A stretch of DNA of 64,000 nt from an uncultured Gemmatimonadales bacterium. Its GTDB lineage: Bacteria; Gemmatimonadota; Gemmatimonadetes; Gemmatimonadales; GWC2-71-9. Location: NCBI GenBank assembly GCA_963842945.1, contig CAWJIM010000002.1, forward strand, positions 96,001 through 160,000, read 5' to 3'. Below the pieces are notes generated by a model. It made no database searches and was not told where the DNA came from. It worked only from the letters and a program-made list of their open reading frames with translations. Shown here piece by piece: positions 1 to 14,334 of this stretch. Position 1 is the first letter of the stretch; every line of letters begins with the position of its first letter. The position numbers and the translations under genes were made by a program.

Positions 1-431
1 ACGTTGAAGGTGGGCCACCGCAGCGCGCCCACGCCGACATCGAGAAAGTCGACCACGCCCCGCGAGCTACGCACCCGGTCGATGAGATTTCCCACTGCAC
101 CTCCCGCCACCAGGCCGAGGGCCAGCTGCCGGAAGCGGTCGCCCACGGGACTGGTGCGCGACATCCGCGCCAGCACGAAGACGGCAACCAGCGCCACCGT
201 GAAGAAAATCCAGCGGGAGTACGGTCCGACGTGGAGGCCGAAGGCCGCGCCCTGGTTATACACCAGCCGCAGCTGGAACCAGTCCCCAAAGACCGAAATG
301 CCCGGCGTGCGGAGCAGCGTGGCCTCGGCGATCAGCTTGGTGATCAGGTCGAGGACCACCGTTCCGACCGCGGCCCCAATGAAGACCCGCCGTTCCGGAC
401 CGGCGATCAGAGGATCAGCGGCGCTTGCCAT
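1..431 (-). CDS. lspA: Lipoprotein signal peptidase II (3' end outside window)
   Basis: Manual minus-strand translation: MASAADP...DLITK...VYNQGAAFG...GGAVGNLIDR...GVVDFL...WPTFNV, the LspA motifs; follows ileS and dksA. Confidence 0.92.
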   Translation of the reverse strand, partial: MASAADPLIAGPERRVFIGAAVGTVVLDLITKLIAEATLLRTPGISVFGDWFQLRLVYNQGAAFGLHVGPYSRWIFFTVALVAVFVLARMSRTSPVGDRFRQLALGLVAGGAVGNLIDRVRSSRGVVDFLDVGVGALRWPTFN

Positions 432-798
432 CTTCCTCTTTCTCCTTGCAGGTGATGCAGAGCCGGGCATGGGGCAAGGCGTCCAGCCGCTCGAAGTTGA
501 TCTCCTGGCCGCACTGCTGGCAGTGACCGAACTTCTCGGGAGTGCCGTACAGCCGCCGCAGCGCCTCGTTCACATGCCAGAGATACCGGCCCTCCTGTGA
601 GGCGAAGAGGAACTGCTTCTCCCGCTCCATCGCGTCGGTTCCCTGATCCGCCATATGAAAGGAATAGGAAGAGAGATCGCCGTCGGAGGACTGCAGCGTG
701 GCGTTGAAGGACTCGTCATAGTACCCCAGCTCCTTCATGACGCGGGCGCGCTCCTCCATGAGGCGCTTCTCGAGATGGCTCAGCTGTTTCTTATTCAT
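415..798 (-). CDS. TraR/DksA family C4 zinc-finger protein
   Basis: MNKKQ...HMADQGTDAMERE...CQQC...RLDALPHARLCITCK; ATG at 798. Confidence 0.9.
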   Translation of the reverse strand: MNKKQLSHLEKRLMEERARVMKELGYYDESFNATLQSSDGDLSSYSFHMADQGTDAMEREKQFLFASQEGRYLWHVNEALRRLYGTPEKFGHCQQCGQEINFERLDALPHARLCITCKEKEEDGKRR

Positions 799-3700
799 CA
801 CTCGTCCATGGTTGAGGGCCGGCTGAAGTCCGACCGTCCTGATATCGTTGTACTCCCACCACCGCCCCGTTTCCATCCATCTCCACCCGCTGCTCCAGGT
901 CCGGCGCGGGCGCCCGCGCAGCCACTTCCAGATTCCGGGCCAGGGTCTCCCCCCGGATGAAGCTCGCATGCGCGCGGACGGCCTCCAGCACCGGTGCATC
1001 ACCGTCGATCCAGAGCGCTATGCGGTCGGTATAACTGTAGCCCGCCTCCTTCCGAATTCGTTGGACCCGGTTCACCACCTCGCGGGCCAGACCCTCCAGC
1101 CGGAGTGCCTCGTCCAGCCGCGGATCGAGGGCTGCAACGAACGCGCCATTGCTTTGCACCAGCCAGTCGCTGGCAACCTCCCGCTCGACGGCTACATCCT
1201 CGGGGAGATAAGTGACCGGCTCGCCCTCCAGCTCCAGCGTGGCCGGACTGCCGGCTTCCAGGCCCCGGAGCTGCACCGGGGTGAGCGTCGCCGCCGCTGC
1301 CGCCACCGCCGGGGTGCGCTTGCCGTAGCGCTTTCCCAGGGTCCGAAAGTTTGGCTTCGGTCTGAGCCGCACCAGATCGGTGTCCGAGGCAACTACCTCG
1401 ATCTTCTTCACATTCACCTCGAGCCGCAGCAGCTCGAGCAGCTGCTGCAGCGTCGGGCCCCGGACCGCTCCCGGCACCGCCACCTGCATCCGGCCCAGCG
1501 GCTGTCGCACTCGAATGTTGCGCTCTTCGCGGGCCGACCGGGCCAGAGAGGCGAGCCGACGCACCGCATCCATGGCTGCCTCGAGATCGGGCGCTGCCCT
1601 CCCCTGCGGTAGCGGAAACCCGGCGAGGTGGACGGATGTTCCCGCCAGTGCGCGGTGCAGCCAATCGCTTACGAAGGGCGCCGCCGGAGCCAGGAGCTTG
1701 GAGACGGTGGTCAGAGCCTCGTGCAGGGTCGCGAGCGCGGCCGGGTCGGCGGTGGAATCGGGGGCCCAGAAGCGCGCCCGATTGACTCGGACGTACCACT
1801 GAGAGACATCGTCGACCACGAAGTCCATGATCGCCCGCACACCGGCGGTCACGTCGTAACGGCCCCAGGCCGCAGCGACCGTTTCGACCGTTGCATCCAG
1901 CCGGCTGAGGAGCCAGCGATCCACCAGCGGCCGCTCCGCTTCCGTGGGCGCCTGCGACGGGGTCCAGTCCCCGGCATAGCCGGCAAAGAAAGTGTAGCTG
2001 TTCTTCAGAGCGTTGAAGAACTTTCCCGCCACTTCGGGGATGGTCCGAGGGTCGAAGCGCTTGGGCAGCCAGACCTGACTCGAGGCGAGCAGATAGAGCC
2101 GGATGGTGTCGGCGCCGTACTGTTCGATCATGGCCCAGGGATCGACCACGTTGCCCTTGCTCTTCGACATCTTCTGGCCCTCGGCGTCGAGCACCAGTTC
2201 GTTCACGATCACGTGGCGGTAGGCCAGGCTGTCGAAGGCGGTCGTGGCAATGGCCAGCAAGGAGTAGAACCAGCCGCGGGTCTGGTCCACACCCTCGCAG
2301 ATGAAGTCGGCTGGAAAGTGGCGCTCGAACTCGTCCTGATGCTCGAACGGATAGTGCCACTGCGCATAGGGCATCGATCCGGAGTCGAACCAGGTGTCGA
2401 TCACTTCAGGGGTGCGCGCCATAAGCCCGCCACAGCGGCAGGCCCAGCTGTATCCGTCGATGAACGGCTTGTGCGGGTCGAAGTCGTCCGGCAGCGCCCG
2501 TCCCCAGCGCTTCGCCAGCTCGGCGTAGCTCCCGATCACCTCGACATGGGATGAATCGTCGATCGCAGACCCACACCGGCAGCGGCGTCCCCCAGTAGCG
2601 GTCGCGCGACAGAGCCCAGTCCACGTTGTTTTCCAGCCACTCGCCGAAGCGGCCGGCGCCGACTTCGGGCGGATGCCAGTCCACCTGCCGGTTGAGCTCC
2701 AGCATCCGCTCCTTTACCGCCGAGGTGCGCACGAACCACGAGTCCCGGGCGTAGTAGATCAGCGGACTGGAGCAGCGCCAGCAGTGGGGATAGGTGTGGG
2801 TATGCGGCTGAGTCAGATGCCAGCGGCCCTCCTGCTTGAGCCGCTGGATGATGAGGTCGTTGGTCTCTCGCGCGGTGACCAGCCGGCCTTCGATCTCAGG
2901 CCAGGTGGTGCCCACAAAGGTTCCGTCGGGAGCCACCGGCCGCACCAGTGCCAGACCGTGCTCGACACCGGCCTGGTAATCGTCGGCGCCGAATGCCGGA
3001 GCGAGGTGCACCAGTCCCGAGCCGTCATCCGCAGTGACGAAGTCGGCGCCGATGACCACCCGCGACGCGCGATCCTCCGGAAGCGGCACGACTTCGAGCG
3101 GGCGACGGTATCGAAGCCCGATCAGCTCACGCCCTGAGAAAGTGCGCAGAGCGCCCAGCTCGCTGAAGCTGGGCGCACCCCGCTGGCTGCTGCTCGGAAG
3201 CGATGGCCCTGGCGGTGGCCAGGATGATCCGCCGGTCGCCCACGGCGTACTCCCCGTACTCCAGATCGGGGTTGACCGCGACCGCCACGTTGGACAGCAG
3301 CGTCCACGGCGTGGTGGTCCAAACCAGCAGCTCGCGCTGCGGGTCGTCCCGAAGCGGAAACGTCACGTACACCGAGTTGGTGGTGACGGTCTCGTAGCCG
3401 AGCGCCAGCTCGTGACTGGAGAGCACGGTGCCGCAGCGGGGACAGTAGGGCAGGACCCGGTGGCCGCGGTACAGCAGGCTTCGCTGGTGCAGCCGCTGCA
3501 GCAGCCACCAGACGCTCTCGATGTAGTCGTTGCTGCAGGTGACGTAGGGGTGCTCGTAATCCAGCCAGTAGCCGATCCGGTCGGAGAGACTCTCCCACTC
3601 GGTCTGATACTTGAAGACGCTCTTGCGGGCGCGGGCGTTGAACTCCTCCACGCCAAAGCGCTCGATGTCTTTCTTTCCGGTGAGCTTGAGCTCCTTCTCC

Positions 3701-3988
3701 ACCTCGATCTCGACCGGCAGCCCGTGGGTGTCCCAGCCGGCAATACGGGTGACCGACTCTCCCCGCATGGAGTGGAACCGGCAGACCAGATCCTTGATCG
3801 TCCGGGAGAACACATGATGGATGCCGGGACGGCCATTGGCGGTGGGCGGCCCCTCATAGAACACGAAGGGACTGCCGTCCCGCCGCGGCCTCCATGGTCT
3901 GCTGGAAGAGTCCCTCGGACTTCCAGAGCGCGAGTTGCCGTTGCTCCAGCTCATTGGGAGTGAGATCGGGCCAGGCAGGAAACGCCAT
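791..3988 (-). CDS. ileS: Isoleucyl-tRNA synthetase, type 2 (split by indels)
   Basis: FYEGPPTANGRPGIHH, GWDTHGLPVE, WTTTPWTL, GSGLVHLAPAFG, SRDRYWGTPLP, EGVDQTRGWF and KMSKS across several frames. Confidence 0.95.
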
Positions 3989-4828
3989 CAGGGCAAGCGC
4001 TCCACCAGCCGCGCGATGAGTCGGGTCAGCGACGGCTCCGCCCGCTTGGCGGTGTCGATGATGCGATCGATGTCGGCCGGCTCCAGCGCGTCGGGCAGGC
4101 ACTGGTCGGTGATGATCGAGATCCCGACTGTGCGCATTCCCGCGTGCGACGCTACGATCACCTCGGGCACGGTAGACATCCCGACCACGTCGGCTCCCAT
4201 TCGCCCGCAGCATCCGGTACTCGGCGCGGGTCTCCAGGTTCGGTCCGGGCACTGCCACGTAGACTCCTTCGCGCAGCCTGATCCCCAGCTCTGCCGCCAG
4301 CGTCGGGCCAACGCCCGGAGCTCGGCGTCGTAGGGGGCGGACATGTCCGGGAAACCGGGGACCCAGCCGGTCGTCATTGGCGCCGATCAGCGGATTGTCG
4401 CCCAGCAGGTTGATGTGATCGCTGAGCAGAACCAGATCACCCGGATCCCAGAGCGGGTTCATCCCGCCGCAGGCGTTGGAGACAACCAGGGTCGTTGCCC
4501 CGAGCGCGCGCATCACCCGGACGGGAAAGGTCACCTCAGCGAGGCCGTAGCCCTCGTACCGGTGAAAGCGGCCCTGCATGGCCACCACCGGGCGCTTCCC
4601 CAGGCGGCCGAGCAGCAGCCGGCCCGCATGTGATCTCGACGGTGGAAAGCGGGAATCCCGGAAGGGATTCCTGGTAGGGAATCGAGGCATCCACCTCGAT
4701 CTCATCGGCCAGACCGCCTAGCCCGGTGCCGAGGATGATTCCGACGTCCGGCTCCAGCCGGGAGCGCGCCCCGCACGACCGCGGTGGCCTCCTGATCCGG
4801 TCGAACAACAGCCGGCTGCAGCGGTCAA
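3988..4828 (-). CDS. punA: Purine-nucleoside phosphorylase (indels; start approximate)
   Basis: [41 protein letters not shown]. Confidence 0.9.
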
Positions 4829-5348
4829 CGCTGTTTCCCGGGAATTGTTTCAGCCTGTGGAGTCGGATATTTCGGGACCGGTCCGGCGCTGAAGCCCGTC
4901 CACCTCTCCCAGGTGGCGCTCCAGCAAGGGTACGGAAGCTGGCGACATAGGCAGTGAATTGGCGGGCCGCCCCGTCGGCGCGCTCCCGGACCAGCGCCTC
5001 CTCCTGGTGGGCTCGCTCCAGAATCCGCTCCGCTTCGGCCCTGGCCTCCCGCAGCACCAGCTCGGCTTCGCGCTCGGCCTGTTCCCGGCTGTCTACCCGG
5101 AGCTGCTGCGCCGCCACCAGCGCTTCGTTCATGGCCCGTTCCCGGTCCCGGAAGGCCCGCAGCTGTTCCTGCACTCCGCGCAGACGCTCCTCGTGCTGGG
5201 CCCGATCGCGCAACAGCCGCTCCAGCTCCTCCGAGATGGCCAGCTTGAACTCGTCGACCTGCGCCCGGTCGTAGCCTCGAAGGGTGCGGGCAAATTCCTG
5301 AGACCGGACATCGAGAGGCGTCAGGTGGAACGCGTGATCGTCGCTCAT
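4825..5348 (-). CDS. divIVA: DivIVA domain protein (end approximate)
   Basis: [26 protein letters not shown] followed by a coiled coil; next to yggS. Confidence 0.88.
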
Positions 5349-6034
5349 GTCATCCGCTCCCCAAACAGAACGGTTCCCAGCCGGATCATGGTTGCACCCT
5401 CCTCCACCGCGACCTGATAGTCGTCCGGACATGCCCATCGAGAGCTCCGGCAAGCGCGTGCCCGGAGCGCTCCGCCGCATCCCGCAATTCCCGCAGCTGG
5501 CGAAAGGCTCGGCGCTGCTCGCCCATCGTCGGCGCTCAGCGCACTCATGGTCATGAGACCCCGTACCTCGATCCGTTCCAGCGCCCGCAGCTCATCCAGT
5601 AACAAGGGCAGAGACTCCGGCGCCACTCCGCCCTTCTGCGGCTCTCCGGAACAGTTCACCTGGACCAGCACTCGCTGCCTCTGTCCCGGAGCAACGCGGC
5701 GTTCGAGCTCGGCCCCGAGATCGGCGCGGTCGACCGAATGGATCAGAGCAAACCGGCCGGCGGCATGTCGGGCCTTGTTGCGCTGCAGCGTCCCGATCAG
5801 GTGCCAGTCGACCGGCACCTCCGAGGCCTGGTCCTGCTTCTGCAGTGCCTCCTGCACCCGGTTCTCCCCCACGTCCGTGAGGCCGGCATCCACCGCGGCC
5901 AGCACTGCCTCCGCTCCGTGGGTCTTGGTGACCGCCACGATGCGCACCGGGTGCTGCCAGCCTCCTCGCGCCTGGCTCTGTGCCACTGTTTCGCGCACGT
6001 GCGCCAGCCGGGCCGGAAGGCCTGGGAAATCCAT
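5345..6034 (-). CDS. yggS: PLP homeostasis protein YggS family
   Basis: [35 protein letters not shown], and [19 protein letters not shown] across an indel. Confidence 0.92.
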   Translation of the reverse strand: MDFPGLPARLAHVRETVAQSQARGGWQHPVRIVAVTKTHGAEAVLAAVDAGLTDVGENRVQEALQKQDQASEVPVDWHLIGTLQRNKARHAAGRFALIHSVDRADLGAELERRVAPGQRQRVLVQVNCSGEPQKGGVAPESLPLLLDELRALERIEVRGLMTMSALSADDGRAAPSLSPAAGIAGCGGALRARACRSSRWACPDDYQVAVEEGATMIRLGTVLFGERMT

Positions 6035-6068
6035 AGCCACCTAATTTATTGGGGGATGGGGTGTTATT

Positions 6069-6115
6069 GAAGGTCGGGAAGGTTGGGAAGGACGGGAAAG
6101 GCGGGAAGGTACGGG
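6069..6115. repeat. Tandem ~9-nt GAAGGNCGG array (downstream arm of four-helix-bundle cassette)
   Basis: gaaggtcgg gaaggttgg gaaggacgg gaaaggcgg gaaggtacgg. Confidence 0.85.
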
Positions 6116-6125
6116 GGATGGGAGG

Positions 6126-6512
6126 TCAGGAGGTTAGGGGTGACTCAGGCACCGACTTTTTGGGAAGCAAGGACTTGTAGAGCAGCCACGTCATACCGCC
6201 CGCGCGTTCATGCAAATTATTCAAGCTAGCCCAATCAGAATCCGACAGAATTCGAAGTTCCTTCGCCAGGAGAAGAGTGTACGAAAGCTCTGAAAGCGAC
6301 CCCAAACTGATGTTTAGGTAGCGCCTGAACTCTGCCTTCCCTTTTCTAGCACATCCCTCGGCAATGTTAGCTGCCGCTGAGTGAGCTGCACGCCTGGCCT
6401 GGGAGCTCAATCCAAAACGCTCTTCGGATGGCCAGGACTTTGTTGAATGGTACACGGCCAGACACAAATCATGGCATCTCTGCCAGGCCTTGACCCGCTG
6501 GTATATAGCCAT
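6126..6512 (-). CDS. Four-helix-bundle protein (23S rRNA IVS-protein family)
   Basis: YQRVKAWQ...WPSEERFGLSSQARRAAHSAAANIAEG..RK...EFRRYLNISLGSLSELSYTL; visibly lower GC than the flanks. Confidence 0.9.
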   Translation of the reverse strand: MAIYQRVKAWQRCHDLCLAVYHSTKSWPSEERFGLSSQARRAAHSAAANIAEGCARKGKAEFRRYLNISLGSLSELSYTLLLAKELRILSDSDWASLNNLHERAGGMTWLLYKSLLPKKSVPESPLTS

Positions 6513-6563
6513 CTCCTAAATTAGTCAGAACCGGTGTGTGGTCCCCGACCAATTTCAATCTCA

Positions 6564-6632
6564 CCGTACCTTCCCGCCTCTCTTTCCTTGCTGCATACGG
6601 TCCCGTCCTTCACGTCTTTCCCGCCCTTCCCG
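6564..6632. repeat. Inverted copy of the GAAGGNCGG array (upstream arm)
   Basis: ccgtaccttcccgcct (6564-6579) is the exact reverse complement of 6099-6114; tcccgtccttc (6601-6611) is the reverse complement of 6087-6097. Confidence 0.85.
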
Positions 6633-9010
6633 TCATTCTTCAACCGTATCCCTCCCCCTCACCCTCAACTCCGCCAACGCCGTCCGGAGTGACTGGTTTG
6701 GGGTCAGCTGCATCGCCCGATCCAGGGCTCGCAGCATCTTCTCCTGTTGGCCCCGGGCGCTATAGGCGTAGGTGAGCTGGGTGAACGGAAGCGATAAGGT
6801 GGACGCGATGCTGGCACTGGTGGTCTCCAGTTTGGTCACATCCCCATCGAGCAGATCACCGTAGCGGTAGGTATCCCAGACCAGGCGTTCTGTCGTGGGA
6901 ATGTCCAAAGGGGCCCCGGCAAGGCGCCGAGTATCCAGTGCCGGCGAGGTGGTATCCGGATGACTGGATCGCAGGCTGTAGCCCAGACCCTGCTGCACCA
7001 CGTACTCGCTCAACCCACCGAATTCGCGGCCGGCCGTGATGGCCCAAACGATCGGGCGTCGCCCCACGTTCTGCTGCACGATGCTGAGGGTGAGAATGTC
7101 ATTCGGCAGCAGGAAGGTGTCGGCCTTGAGATTCCGGCTCACAGGACCCAGCGTGCACTCGCTGATCTTGCGGCACCACGTAGCCGCTCATCGCCGATGG
7201 CGATCATCGAGTCGGTCATGGTATGCAGCGGTTGGGTGGGAGGCGGTCTCAGGGCGCCGCGCCAAAGAGCCGGGAGCGCTGCCCGGTCTACCGGGCGAAC
7301 CGGATTGTCCCGCAGCTGGCGCATGTACCAATCGGTGTTCGCCAGCGCCAGGCAGACCACCGTCACATCCTGGCGGACGTTGGCTACTTCCTGAGCCCAC
7401 CAGAGCGGGAACGTGTCGTTGTCGCCGTAGGTGAACAGCACCCCATACGGCGGTACCGTGTTCAGCAGGTCGTAGGCAAAGTCGGCGGCGAGCCGGGCAT
7501 CGGGGCCATGGCGCCGCGAGGCGGCCGTCCAGTTCAGGGCGATCGGAACCAGCGGCGAAGGCCAACGCAGCGGGCGCCCATCGTCGCGCAGTGCCGGCGC
7601 GCGCCCAGATGGACCGCGCGATCACGGCGAGCCCCATCCCGGCCCAGATCCCCCACACGATGAAGCTCACCACGAAGAAGTAGTCCCGCTCCCGCACCTC
7701 GTGAGCGGAGGCGGTCGGGATAACTGTCGAACCAGCGGCCGAAGCCCGGCCTGAAGTTCATGTAGATGACCAGGCCCGATGCCGGTGACCATGAACAGTC
7801 CCAGCAGCAGCCACCACGCCGGCCGGTCGGCCCGCCGCTGGGCCAGCAAGCCGCGAAGGCCGAGCGATGACGAAGACCAGGGTGATCGAGACCTGCAGCC
7901 AGTCTGCCAGCGCCTTGGCCCACTGCCAGGTGAAGTACACGATGTAGTCGCGCGAACTGGATCGCCAGCAGGCCAGGGTGCGGCCCGGGTTGTCCGGGCC
8001 GTGCGGAACCGTGGGATCGTCCAGCGGGGTGCGCGGCGGATACTGCGCCCGGCGTGATCACCGCGCAGCAGCGCGTCGAAGGTGGCGCGGCGCGGCCTCG
8101 TTGATCGGCGGGTTCTGGGCCGACCGGATGATAGAGGTAGAGATAGGGCGTTACGCCGATCGCAGGCGATGAACAGAGTGAGCAGCGCGAAAGTCGCCGC
8201 CCTCCGAGCGCCGGCATAAGCCGGCCGCGGCAAGAAAGCAGAGTCCGCCCAGAAGGATCAACCCGGTGCTGCCCAGCCCGGTGCCGATGAGCAGCGCCCA
8301 GACGCCGGCGACCACGGCGACCTGCGCCCATTCGGCCCGGCGCTGTGCCGGGATCGCGTGCCGGCGCGCTTCGCAGAGTGGCCACCACGAACATCACCAC
8401 CGCCGGACCCGCCAGCAGCGCGAGCAGGTGATTGCCGATCGAGATGCCGGCCAGATACACGATCAGCAGAAGCAGCCGCGGCGCCCGCGTGGTTCCCCGG
8501 TCCCGCCGCCAGATGTGAGCAGCCAGCTCATGGCGGCGATGGTGAACGTGGCGACCGCGTAGACCTCGGTCTCGTTCGAGTTCTGCCAATTGGTGAAGGT
8601 GAAGGCGCCAAGCATGGCCGCCGCAGCGCCACCGCCGAGACGCAGGAGCCGCGCGGTCTCGTCGTCTCAGGCCGGCGGTAATCAGCGCGCGCATCGACTC
8701 GTGGGCGACCAGAAAGAAGCAGCCCGCTGCCGCGAGCGCTCAGCACGGCGCTCAGCAGATTGGTCCGGAACGCGTATTCGCCAATGGGAAGCAGCATCGC
8801 CCAGACATGGGCGATCATGACGAACAGGGGCGTTCCGGGCGGATGCGGGATGCCGAGGGTCTTGGCGGCCGCGATGAACTCGCCGGCATCCCAGAACGTG
8901 ACGGTCGGGGCGAGCGTGAGGAGGTAACACCAGCAACACCAGCCGACACCAGGCGACGCCGTAGGGCGGCCGCGTACGGACTCCGAGCGAGTGCGTTCAG
9001 GACCAGCACT
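6633..9010 (-). CDS. DUF2723 / TMEM260-like (GT117) membrane glycosyltransferase, heavily frameshifted; start approximate
   Basis: [65 protein letters not shown]; paralogous to 46697-49057. Confidence 0.85.
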
Positions 9011-10188
9011 CCCAGCGCTTGGGCGAGCGCCAGAGCGCTTCGCGCGCTCCGGCAACGTCGTGCACCCGGAACAGCCGGGCTCCCCGCTCGTAGGCCAGGG
9101 CGCAGGCGGTCGCGGTGGCCCGGTCGCGCTCCTCCACCGGCACCCCGGTGACGGCGCCCAGAAACCGCTTGCGGGAAGGACCAACCAGAATCGGCCGTCC
9201 CAGCGCCTGGAGCGCCGGCAAGCTGATCGAACAGCACCAGATTCTGCTCGGCGGTCTTGGAGAAGCCGAACCCCGGGTCGACCACGGTGGCGTCCGGCCC
9301 GATGCCCGCCGCGGCGGCGCAGCTCGAGCGCCCCTCGCAGCTCCCGACAGCACCCCGCCACCACGTCCCCCCGTAATCGGCATGACGTGTAGGAGGCGAT
9401 CTCGAGAATGGAGCCGCGCGAATGCATCAGGATGACGCCCGCACCGGCGCCGGCCACCACTCCCGGCATGCCATCTCAGGATCGAGCCGCAAGGCCGAGA
9501 CATCGTTCACCACGCGGCGCCCGCGTCCAGCGCGGCCTCGCGCCACAGCGGCCTTCACCGTGTCGATAGAGACGAATCAGGGACGGGATGCTCCCGCGAC
9601 GAGCGCCTCGATCACCGGGATGACCCGGCGCAGCTCCTCCTCTGCGGGACCGCCTCGGTGCGGCCCGGGCGGGTGGACTCGCCGCCCACATCGAGAATGG
9701 CGGCACCCGTCCGCGAGCAACTTCTCGCCGTGAGCCAGAGCGCGCATCGATCCTGGCGAATCGGCCGCCGTCGCTGAAGCTGTCGGGCGTGACGTTGAGG
9801 ATCCCCACCAGAACCGGCCGGTCGAGAGACACCGACGCCCCGAGCGGTCTGCCAGCCGGGTGACCGGTCCGGCCGGCAACGCCAGTGCCGATCCCTGCGG
9901 CCGATCTGCGTCAACGGCTCGGGAACGGTCCAGGGCCGGGCCAGCGCACTCAGTCGGGACCGGCTGCCGGCCAGGATCGCCCAGGAATCGCCGGTGAGCA
10001 CCTCGAGCCCGAGCCCACCTGCAAACGGGACCAGGGCCTCGAGTGGCTCCCTGGTCCAGTCCGGTCAGATGAAAAGCGGAGGTGTGGATTCCTTCGGCGG
10101 CGGTACTCCGCCAGCGCCTCCTCCCAGCCGTGGGAGCGGAGCGCTTCACGCACCGCCCGGGGTGAGTGAAGCGCCAGCGGCGTAACAT

Positions 10189-10192
<4 letters not shown>
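8997..10192 (-). CDS. folP: Dihydropteroate synthase with N-terminal extension (indels)
   Basis: GILNVTPDSFSDGG, LDVGGESTRPG, VILMHSRG, VDPGFGFSK, GPSRKRF, FRVHDV; ftsH-folP synteny. Confidence 0.9.
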
Positions 10193-12180
<1,988 letters not shown>

Positions 12181-12737
12181 TTATTCCAAGTCCGCAATGA
12201 ACGGGAGATGACGGAAATTCTCGGCGTGGTCGAGTCCGTAGCCCACCAGAAAGGCCGGTGGCGCCCGGAACCCCACGAAGCGGAGCTCCGGACGCGGCTC
12301 GGACGCCAGCTGCTTGTCCAGCAGCGCGCAGATCGCGAGGCTCCGCGGCTGCCGCGCGCCCAGCAGCGCCATCAGGCGCTGCAGGGTCTTGCCTGTATCA
12401 ATAATATCCTCAACCAGGAGGATATGTTTGCCCTCGAGCCGGGTTTCGGGGTCGTAGAGCAGCCGAACCGTGCCGCTCGACACTTTTCCGTCGCCATACG
12501 AGCTCGCCACCAGGAAGTCGACCTGCATCGGCCGCTCGATCTTGCGGACCAGATCGCTCAGAAAGATGAAGCTGCCCTTGAGCAGCCCGAGCACCAGCAG
12601 CTCGCCGTCGGGATAGGCCCGGGTGATCTCGTCAGCCAGCGCCTGGACCCGTCGCGGCAATGGTCTGCTCGTCGAAGACGATCGACTTGACCGGCTCGAC
12701 CTCCGGTCCGGCGCAGCACCTCAGGCGTACTCAGCAT
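12181..12737 (-). CDS. hpt: Hypoxanthine phosphoribosyltransferase
   Basis: LLKGSFIFLSDL, SSYG, VEDIIDTGKT, FLVGYGLD; tilS-hpt-ftsH synteny. Confidence 0.93.
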
Positions 12738-14054
12738 CGACGCGCAGCGCCTCCGTTCCACGGGCCGGGGACCCGGGCATCGGAACGGCAGACACCCGGG
12801 AATCCAGATGATCTCCTGATCCTGCGCGAGCACCGGCCAGGACTCGCCGCCGGCTTCGCGGCACCCGCACCTCCTGAAAGCAGCGCACGACCAGCCGCCG
12901 TCCGGTGCCTCCGAGGGGCCTGCAGCTTCGTCACCCGGAGACCAGCCCCGAACCGTCAGCGGATCCAGGGTGAACCAGGCGCTCAGCCCCGTCCGCTCCT
13001 GCTGCTCCGGGGCGGCCGCCCGGTGCCAGCGGAACCGCCAGCGCCCCCAGGCCCCCGTCCCTTCATGGCCGTCAAGCGCCCAGGGGGGCGGAGCAGGTTC
13101 CTCGATGGCGCGCCCGATACGCAGGCGGCCGAAGCCCAGCTCCGCGGTCCAGGCCCCGCCCAGGGGCACTCGATCACCGCTCGCGCCGCGTGCGAATAAG
13201 GCTGAGAACCCGGCCGAGCGCGAGGGGCCCCAGCGGGCAGCCGGCCCGCCGAGCCAGCGCGAGAATGGCCGCCTGGGTCAGGGCTGAATCATAGCCCCCG
13301 AGGGAGTTGGGCAGCAACGGAAATCCCGCCGCTTCGGCCCGAAGATCGAGGCCGGGCAGGGCATCCAGAACCGCATCCCAGGCCGCGCGGTCGCGCCGCG
13401 GCCTGGCGTCGCGATTCGCTGGAGATTCGAGTCCACTTCGGCCAGTCGGCCGCGGAGCATCGGGAGCAGCTCGGTCCGAAGCCAGGAACGCAGATGGCGA
13501 GGGTCCGCATTGGCGGGATCGAGCCAGGGCTCGAGCCCAGCTGACCTCAGGTGCTCCTCCAGCTCGGCGCGGGTAAAAGGAAGCAGCGGCCGAACCACCC
13601 GTCCCTGGCGCGAGGCCATTCCGGCCAGACCGGCCGGACCGGAGCCGGCCAGAACCCGCATCAGCACCGTTTCGACCTGATCGTCGGCGTGGTGAGCCGT
13701 GAGAATGAAATCGGCACCGACTCGCGCCGCGCGTGGCCTCCAGCCAGGCGTAGCGTTGTGCCCGCGCCTCGGTCTCGGTGGCGGCGGGACCAAGCGCGAG
13801 ACGCCCCACTTCGACAGGCAGGCCATATCCGGCTGCAATGCCGTCCGAACCCGCTCGGCAACCAAGCCGCTCTCTGGCTGGATTCCATGGTCCAGGTGGG
13901 CTACGAGAAGCTCGAGCGCATGATGGGCCCGGGTTTCTACCAGGAGATCCAACAAGACAAGTGAATCGGGGCCACCCGACACAGCGACCAGCACTCGCCC
14001 GGCGCCGAGCTCGAGTGTGGACAGATGCGCTGTGAAACGTTCGGTCAACCCCAT
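12731..14054 (-). CDS. tilS: tRNA(Ile)-lysidine synthetase (indels)
   Basis: VAVSGGPDS, AHLDHGI, TAHHADDQVET, RPLL, DPAN. Confidence 0.92.
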
Positions 14055-14334
14055 GTCCCAAACTTAACAAGTCCGGTAGAGGTTCAGCTCGGCGTAACCG
14101 GTCTAGTGCGCATTCCACCAGGCGATGTATACTGGTGGACCCCCAATCGTCAGTGTTGCCGCTCTTCAACAGTTGTAGCAGGTCCCCGTCCACCGAGACC
14201 CCGGTCGAGGCTCGTTAGGTCCACAACTGCGCCCTCTCGTGCGCCGAGTGGTCTGGCGTGAATCATGAGCGGGACCGATGCAACAAGCGATGGAGTTCCC
14301 CCGCTCCGCCGCGAGGCGCCCTTGGAGGGCCCCG

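Noticed and set aside
791..3988. Programmed frameshifting or pseudogenisation of ileS and other core genes
   Set aside because: The breaks are too numerous, lack slippery sites and fall in essential genes; sequencing error is more parsimonious.
6126..6512. Diversity-generating retroelement (Avd-like gene) or rRNA intervening sequence
   Set aside because: No reverse transcriptase, TR/VR pair or rRNA sequence in the window.
14175..14182. att duplication of the tRNA-Met 3' end (gtagcagg)
   Set aside because: Only 8 bp, which is expected by chance, and no integrase is present.
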